From a virus (taxonomy: Duplodnaviria; Caudoviricetes): DNA of 27,127 nucleotides. The first letter of the stretch is position 1. The number at the start of each line of letters is the position of its first letter. Positions 23,928 through 27,127 of this stretch are shown here, one piece after another. The notes beneath the pieces are model-generated. The model was given only the letters and a program-made list of their open reading frames with translations. It was not told the DNA's origin and searched no databases. The stretch is taken from positions 1 to 27,127 of IMG/VR virus record IMGVR_UViG_3300036783_000047, one strand, 5' to 3'. Position numbers and translations under genes: made by a program.

Positions 23928-24272
23928 TTAACTCCCTTGAGGCGCCGGAGGCTGCTGCTGCTGCGGAGGAGTAGGAGCCTGTTGAGGCTGTGCCGGGAGA
24001 GGAGCGGGAGTCTCCTCCTTCTCGACCTTCGGAGTTTCCTCCTGCTTGACTTCCTGCTCGTCGACCTTCTGCTGAGCGTCGACATCGACGACAGGCTCTG
24101 CCTTCGTCTCTTCGACTTCAGGTTCGACGTAGCCCGGCTCACCAGGCTGTGCGTGCTGGTTGCTTGCGCCACCAATCGTCGCTCTGGGCATCTCCCTCTC
24201 CTTGTAGCACATTGGGCAGGACGTGAGATCGCCTGCGATGTTCTTGCACTTACATGCTGGACAGTCCCACAT
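23928..24272 (-). CDS. Zinc-ribbon protein with Pro/Glu/Gln-rich disordered tail
   Basis: W.CPAC...N......CPMC (RanBP2-like spacing). AGGAGG RBS. Confidence 0.75.
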   Translation of the reverse strand: MWDCPACKCKNIAGDLTSCPMCYKEREMPRATIGGASNQHAQPGEPGYVEPEVEETKAEPVVDVDAQQKVDEQEVKQEETPKVEKEETPAPLPAQPQQAPTPPQQQQPPAPQGS

Positions 24273-24280
24273 ACTGCCTC

Positions 24281-24796
24281 CTAAGCTGCCGTGATGAACG
24301 CACCCGTGTCATAGGGTACGTACGTAATAGACCACTGAATAGCGCCAGTGTTCGTCGCGCTGGTCGTGATCTGAACAGTTCCCGCCGGAACGATAGCTAG
24401 GCCACCGCTAGTTACCGGGAAGCCTTGACCGCCAGTACTACCGTTCCACACGAGGGTTCCATCAGCGGCACTGAGTATCAGCGCGCTGGTCTTAGCCTGA
24501 GGAACAGCTAGTGAGGCACCTACCGGCAAGCCTGACACCGAGGCACTGGCGATAGACAGAGTCGTAGTCGCTGATGATCCGCCGGAAGGCTTGTTGCCCA
24601 CCGATATGGTGCACGCCTGTGCCTGAATTGCTGTCGTCACCGCACCCGTCAGAGACGTGACGATAACCCTGCCGCCTACGACGTTGAAGATGTCGCCGCT
24701 ACCACTTGCCGGAAGGGTCTTAGGAGACCCGGTGACCAGCGCACCGTAAGTCTCGGCGAACTTCTGAGCCGCAGCAGCGGCAGGGCTCACGGGCAT
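24281..24796 (-). CDS. Putative capsid decoration protein (paralogue 2)
   Basis: Beta-rich; clearly similar to 24798-25253. Confidence 0.6.
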   Translation of the reverse strand: MPVSPAAAAAQKFAETYGALVTGSPKTLPASGSGDIFNVVGGRVIVTSLTGAVTTAIQAQACTISVGNKPSGGSSATTTLSIASASVSGLPVGASLAVPQAKTSALILSAADGTLVWNGSTGGQGFPVTSGGLAIVPAGTVQITTSATNTGAIQWSITYVPYDTGAFITAA

Positions 24797-24797
24797 G

Positions 24798-25253
24798 TTA
24801 AGCTGCCACCACCGATGCGCCGTCGTCCAGCGGGACGTAGATGACTTCCCAGGAAACGGTTCCCGTCACAGTAGACAGCGTCGTGACGGTAATGGCTCCA
24901 GCAGGCACGAGGACAGGAGTAGGCGCGATGACGCCACCGCTGACCACGACTGCTAGAGCGCCGCCTGCTAGGTTCGAGATGAGAGGCGATCCAGCAGCTA
25001 CTGGAATTGTTCCTGCGGATGATAGTACCGCTGGCGCTGAAGAACCACCAGAAGGCGTAACGCCTATCGTAGTGGAGTTCGTGCCGGACAGCAAGGTTGC
25101 CACCTGACCGGTCAGCGAGACAACCAGGACTCGGCCACCCGTGACGGTGAAGATAGACCCGATGGTCGTAGACGGCAACGCTGCCGCAGCACGCTTGACC
25201 AGAATCCCCGCAGCGATCGTTCGGACGTCAATTCCCTTGATGAGGGAGGGCAT
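24798..25253 (-). CDS. Putative capsid decoration protein (paralogue 1)
   Basis: IFTVTGGRVLVVSLTG.V.T...VPAG.I..TT..T.TG...W...YVP.D.GA. Confidence 0.6.
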   Translation of the reverse strand: MPSLIKGIDVRTIAAGILVKRAAAALPSTTIGSIFTVTGGRVLVVSLTGQVATLLSGTNSTTIGVTPSGGSSAPAVLSSAGTIPVAAGSPLISNLAGGALAVVVSGGVIAPTPVLVPAGAITVTTLSTVTGTVSWEVIYVPLDDGASVVAA

Positions 25254-25255
25254 GA

Positions 25256-25711
25256 TCAGACTCCCAGCTTGGCCAAGTTGGCCGGAGTGCGCTGGACGGC
25301 GAGGTCGTGGACGACGGCTACGAGGTCGCCAGCAGCTGCGGTGGCCTGGATGTAGGCGAAGCCGTCGGCGAACTGCGTAGCGTAGAACGTCACGACGTCG
25401 ACCTTGCCTGACGAGCCAAGCGTGAGCGTCTGGCTAGACCAGGAAGCAGGCGTCACCTTAGTCCACGCAGCGGTTCCATTCGCTACGCTGTTCTCGAAGT
25501 AGAACCCGGGCTGAGCGAAGCCGTTCGCCGGAGTCCAGTTCGTAGTGGAGCCACCAAACGTCTTAGCGGCCACGACAGCCAGCGTGTTCGATCCTGACGA
25601 CTTGCTGATGAACGACACCGCGTTCGCGTCGCGAAGTCGGAACATGTTGCCAGAGGCGTCATGCACGACGTCGAAGACGCGACCTAGACCAATCGCGGGA
25701 ATGTTCGGCAT
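25256..25711 (-). CDS. Putative capsid cement/decoration protein
   Basis: 151 aa immediately after the capsid gene; AGGAG RBS; beta-rich. Confidence 0.6.
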   Translation of the reverse strand: MPNIPAIGLGRVFDVVHDASGNMFRLRDANAVSFISKSSGSNTLAVVAAKTFGGSTTNWTPANGFAQPGFYFENSVANGTAAWTKVTPASWSSQTLTLGSSGKVDVVTFYATQFADGFAYIQATAAAGDLVAVVHDLAVQRTPANLAKLGV

Positions 25712-25759
25712 ATCTTGTTCTCCTGTCCCCTAGGGGCGTTACTGCCTAGGATTAACCTG

Positions 25760-27027
25760 CTAGCGGGATGCCAGCTGGACGAACGGGGTGAGTGTGGAGC
25801 TCGAGCCGTTGTGCGGCGTCAGCGCGCTCTGGATCCACGGACGGCCGTCGACGCGCTCGATGATCTTGTAGGCGGTCTGATCGTTCTGGAAGAAGGCGTG
25901 CTCGCTGGCCGAGACCTCGACCTGCTGACGGTCGCCGATCAGGTAGTACGACAGGTCGACGTAGCTGATGTCACCTGTCGTGCCGAGCGGTCCAACCTTC
26001 TCAGTGAAGATGACCGGACGACCGAGGATCGTGATCGGAGGAGTCTGGCTGCCAGGCTGGTTCGGCCCACCAATCCAGACAGGTCCACCACCGGTACCGA
26101 CGGACAGCGCCATCGTGGCGAGCTGCGGGAAGGAATCGTGCGAGGCGAGCCACACAGCGTTGCCATGGCTCGTCGGCAGCATCCGCGAGTACATCTTGAC
26201 GATGTTCTCCCACAGGATGGTCTGCGTCGCCTGGCCAGACTCGATTGCGACCTGCACGGAGGCGGGACAGTTGATGAAGCCGAGAGGAGCGCCGACGCCA
26301 TCCTCGTTCATGAACGAGTTGTCCTCGAACCACGACAGGCCCATCGGAACGCGCGTGTCGAAGAACGTGCTGAAGGCCGGAGCGTCGTTCAGGAGCTCGT
26401 TCGGGACCTTGAAGAACCCTGCAAGCTTCTTCGCGGTGAGCGTCACCTTGCCGAACGTGGCCTGCGACTCCGTGAGCTGGCCCGACTCTTCGGCCCAGTA
26501 GAACTGGATACCTCCGAGGACGGAACTAGAGTGGCTCGTGTCGTCGACGGTCGGAATGGGTACCGAGAGAGTGCTCATCGGAATGACCGTCGCACGGCTA
26601 CGAACGTTCGACTGCTCGAGCGAGAGCTGCAGGAGCTCGGACCGCATCGTCTCCGGGATCAGGAAGCCACCAGCTCCAGGGTCCTCAGAGCCAAACGAGT
26701 TCATGAACTCACGGACGTTTGCCAGCTTCTTCAGCAGGACGTCACGGTTGCGAGAGGCAGAAGGACGAGCCTCTTCGCGGATGGCCTGGCAGTACTCGCC
26801 AATCGAGTTGAAGCGATCGTCGGCAGAATACTTCGCCTCGAACTGAGCGCCAGCGGAGTACTTGTTGTAGACGGTTCCACGACCGCGGGAAATCGCAGCC
26901 GTGCCGTCAGCGTCGAGCTGAAGCTGTGGCTTGCCGCCCTGGAACGTGATCGCGTTGCGAAGGTCGACGTTGCTACGCCGTCCGCCACCGTTCTCGCGGA
27001 TCATGTCGAACATGACCGACTGGACCT
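25760..27027 (-). CDS. Major capsid protein (HK97 fold), 3' part; full length 484 aa, starting at 187 across the junction
   Basis: GGFLIPE, W.EE, F..VTL.AKKL, G.G.PLG, ILGRPV, F..DQ.AY....RVDG motifs. Confidence 0.95.
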
Positions 27028-27126
27028 GGGTCTTCAGGTCGTCAACCGAGTCAGGGTTGCTCTTGACGTACTGCTTGGCGTACGCGTCGAGAAATGCCTT
27101 GGTGTCACCACTCGCGACGGATGCCT
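27028..27126. repeat. Terminal direct repeat, right copy
   Basis: Matches 1-99 exactly. The last base 27127 (a) differs from position 100 (g). Confidence 0.95.
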
Positions 27127-27127
27127 A

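Noticed and set aside
25729-25750. CCTAGG...CCTAGG hairpin after the capsid gene as a terminator
   Set aside because: Only a 6-bp stem with no U-tract; too weak to call.
25760-27013. Capsid as a 417-aa protein or truncated pseudogene
   Set aside because: The frame continues across the junction to ATG 187, giving 484 aa.
27028-27127. Biological terminal repeat or att site
   Set aside because: It is exactly 99 bp, falls mid-capsid gene and has the form of an assembler k-mer overlap. The apparent stop created by base 27127 is an end artefact.
1-27127. Stop-codon reassignment (TAG)
   Set aside because: Genes are full length in the standard code, and TAG ends many genes right before the next RBS or start.

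Overview
This window appears to be a complete, circularly assembled ~27.0 kb tailed-phage (siphovirus-like, HK97-fold) genome. Bases 1-99 are repeated exactly at 27028-27126, and the major capsid ORF runs through that junction. A long leftward region encodes two small proteins, TerS, TerL, a membrane protein, portal, ClpP-type prohead protease, capsid, decoration-like paralogues, head-tail proteins, two tail-tube-like genes, a tail chaperone with a GGGAAAA -1 frameshift, tape measure with a C-terminal lytic transglycosylase, and a 1540-aa fused tail protein. A short rightward operon encodes an RHH-like protein, a primase-polymerase/helicase, a lipoprotein and several Cys-rich mini-proteins. 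The two arms diverge from an AT-rich control/origin region flanked by two RHH-like genes. Gene style suggests an actinobacterial host (inference). I recognise no integrase, endolysin, tRNA or CRISPR. The two most notable unexplained signals are: (1) two diverged, oppositely oriented copies of a ~160-nt non-coding element with covarying stems (about 10785-10943 and 19637-19795); (2) a 10-mer, CAACGACTGC, found in 11 perfect copies across the genome. All family assignments come from motif recognition by eye, not from database searches.
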